Positions 61,138 to 64,000 of a stretch of 64,000 nucleotides of DNA are shown here, piece after piece. This stretch comes from Phoronis australis. Lineage: Eukaryota; Animalia; Phoronida. The stretch covers positions 583,326 to 647,325 of the forward strand of contig NMRA01000047.1 of the NCBI GenBank assembly GCA_002633005.1, in the 5' to 3' direction. Made by a program: the position numbers and the translations under genes. Below the pieces are notes generated by a model. It made no database searches. It was not told the DNA's origin and saw nothing but the letters and a program-made list of their open reading frames with translations. Numbering within the stretch: position 1 is the stretch's first letter; every line of letters starts with the position of its first letter.

Positions 61138-61296
61138 AAACTCCCCGCAGGCGTAAAGAAGTGCATGACCGACGGCAAGGCTTTGAAAGGCTGCAAGGAC
61201 AAAGAATTTTGCGAGGAATTGTGCGCTCACGGACAAAGACAGACCAAGGATACTCCGGATTTCATACTGAGGTGTGCTTTCCTAGGAAAACCTTGA
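61138..61296 (+). CDS. Secreted Cys-rich protein paralogue 2, coding exon 2 (absent from the ORF track)
   Basis: ttcacag| phase-0 acceptor. Encodes KLPAGVKKCMTDGKALKGCKDKEFCEELCAHGQRQTKDTPDFILRCAFLGKP*; ATTAAA at 61341. Confidence 0.8.
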   Translation, partial: KLPAGVKKCMTDGKALKGCKDKEFCEELCAHGQRQTKDTPDFILRCAFLGKP

Positions 61297-62219
61297 TCAG
61301 GAAAACATGAAATGTAGAATGTGCACGACATATGTTTAATATTAAAAGGTTCTGGTATATGCGAGTTGTGGACGTAAAACAAATCACTAGTAGAATTCGT
61401 AGACTATGTTTTTAATATAATACATAGGTAAATTATAAGAGGTGTATTTGCAATTGTATACTCTGCAGATTCAAGGCCCACAGAGTTCTGCTCCTGATTG
61501 AGCGAATGAGCAACTTTGTTAGCTAGTGGCCAAAGGCTATTCAATATATAACGTATCTCCCATGTTATTGAAGAGTAGTGTGATTTATCCCATACGCGTC
61601 GAATCTGTCGAGGGAAATACGGCCATGTAATAAAGTTTTCCGTATTCACCTCCCGCACTACTTCAACAGTGACTTCTTACACGGAAAGTTCAAAAGGTAG
61701 GTCAATGTCGACTCGACGTCGTTAGCCGGTTCGATCAGCAAACTTTCAGAAAATAGTTCAAAGTAATAGCAGTGTAAATAACGCTCAACAGACAGTCAGA
61801 TCTCAATCGTAACATCTGGAACAGGACTGTTGAATCTATGACAGTTCTGTCTCAGTTTTCATTTGCTACAGTAAATATTTTATCGTCTGCAACTCAGGCG
61901 CCGATTCCTCGGTAACTACAATTTCAAATATTATTGTTATTTAACAATTTTCAGGAGATGTCACAAGTTCAATGAAAAGTTACCCTTGTTTTCATCTTTG
62001 TTATCTCTTTTCAAGTAATAAATCGTTTCACTTAAAACTGTTTCTTTTACTAGAGAAAACTAGCAGCCTAACGCGCAAGTACATTCATATAGGATGTGAT
62101 CCGCCACGTGAAGTATTTAGAAAACCTGTGGAAAAATTAAAGAAACTTAGGAATTCGAAGCGTATGGGATTTGGTCTCTGTCGATACACGGAATAATGTC
62201 CCGTGAGTTATTACTTCAT

Positions 62220-62390
62220 GTACGCCACTCTCGGTACGTTTTGTGTATTTATAGAATTAGTTCTAATGACTGTCTTGAATTCTACATTGGTCTCACGCAG
62301 AAAACATTAGGTGATAGATTAGCAGAACACAGTACCTCTGCTTTCAGGCACTGTCAGTCCACAGGCACTGTCTTGGTTATATATGACGTT
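62220..62390 (+). mobile_element. Penelope-like element GIY-YIG endonuclease remnant
   Basis: CIYRISSNDCLEFYIGLTQKTLGDRLAEH...AFRHCQSTG matches the PLE pattern xIYxIxCxxC..YIGxT...L..R..EH. Confidence 0.7.
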
Positions 62391-64000
62391 TTGCTCACGC
62401 TTATTTGGTAGGCAATTGGCCAATACCCATTTGGTACACCCTAGCAACATACCTATTCTTTTGAACCAAGCATACCATACCAAATAAATAAATAAATAAA
62501 TAAAACATTGATATACATTCTAAGAAATGAGAACATACAGTAGGAACAAACAAGTGAGATGCTGTACCAAATGAAATGAAAAACACATTTACTTGAATTT
62601 CATAGGAAATTAATGTTCGTAGTAGAGATTTTAGTTAACTAATCTTGTGATGCGATTTGAATATTCTGTTAAGATATTTTTTCTGTATATTATTGTATCT
62701 GAGGATATTCGATTAATATTGAACGTCGTTTTCATGCTGCACTGTAGCATCGTTTATATTTTCCACTTTTTACTTCTCATGTGGCCAAACAAATTCAAAG
62801 AGTGAGACATTAGGCAAGTGCAATGTACCTTGCCATCCTTACAACGTGTTGGACTAGATCCTTGTAGAAGATCAACTTTTCGTGTTTTAACTTTATTTCA
62901 CGAGTATTGGTAAATAATATTTGTAATATTCACTACTAAAATTCAATTAACAGAAAAGTATCTAGGCAAGAAGTAAATAATGCACAAATGAATTATTTTA
63001 AAAACAATTGTAAACAATAATAATATTTCCATGCATGTGTACACACAAACTTAGTTACGCAACTGCGAGTGGCTTTTCGGACGTTACTTAAACACACCTG
63101 TTAGTAGGGCCTAAATAATTGCAGAACAAATATCCAGAAACCAAATTCCACTTTTTTCAGTAAAATACAGTAAAAATATGATTTTAACTTCCAAAAATGT
63201 CTTTCCGAAAAAGTACTAGCATGTAATTTGTTGGGTTGTCAAAAGTAATTCAGACAGGAGCTGAAAACGTATCAGAGTTCAGGTTATTCCCGGCATCCAG
63301 CCAGAGCCAAAGGTCGGTTGGTATTCTGGAACCGTAACTCAAGAGTCTATCTTGATGAACAAAAATGACAAAATGAAAACGAAGCAATGAAATTTGGCTT
63401 CCTTTGAAACCTACAAAACTAGATCAAAACTCAGTGTAGCGAGCAACCCGAAATTCATAGTGTAAACTGTCGTGGCCTGTCTCCAGGGCTAGAGTACCAG
63501 ACATGCGCTGGCCGCTCACTTGGGTCCGTTCCACTGATCACCTGGAGCCATTTCTGGTGTTTTTTAATAATAGTCCACAATGTCTCCTCTGTGGGTCAAT
63601 AGGGAAAAGACACGTCATTATTACAAAAGTATTATTCTATATTGAATAATGAAACGATATGAAAGCCAGACAATTGACAAGGTACTGTAAGCACAAAGTT
63701 CCTAGTACGTAACTAAACTATGGTAACAAATAACAAGCGTCATTTTAGTCTACTTATGTCGGTGACTACTGAGTTTGAATTTCCTTTGCGCGTATTTAAA
63801 AAAATCGTGAAATTTGTGATTTTTTGTGGAAATTTCCTGACAGGGGAAAGTGAATAACTCTGTAGTAGAGGTTGCGAAGTGGTACCTTTGTCAGAAATTG
63901 TTTAAATGACATTTTTGACGAGCTTTCGCGTTCCATGCCTATTTTGATTATGGATCTCCTTACAAAAAATTGCATACAGACTGGTCACTGAGACAGGCAG

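Overview
This is AT-rich, intron-containing animal genomic DNA. The repeat spectrum (Kolobok, Academ, IS3EU-like, Helentron-like, Ngaro/DIRS, Penelope, L1/Tx1, CR1-like, tRNA-SINE) suggests an invertebrate, probably marine, but the species cannot be determined from sequence alone. Host genes: (i) the 3' half of a + strand type-I membrane Ig-superfamily receptor, with four symmetric phase-1 Ig exons and a TM/cytoplasmic exon (937-17338); (ii) two tandem paralogues of an unrecognised ~203-aa secreted protein with 16 conserved Cys (45048-47845 and 60090-61296), each carrying a different lesion. Much of the remainder is transposon-derived: seven copies or fragments of a TTAA-targeting Kolobok family; a second, younger Kolobok with convergent THAP-transposase and KolX (P2X7-ballast-like) genes cut by one central deletion; a near-complete but frameshifted AcademX element (transposase + XPG-like + Cys-rich) inserted into the terminus of a tandem Helentron/DINE-1-like array; MITEs with 3-, 5- and 6-bp TSDs; and decayed retroelements. 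All family assignments come from motif recognition by eye; no database search was run.
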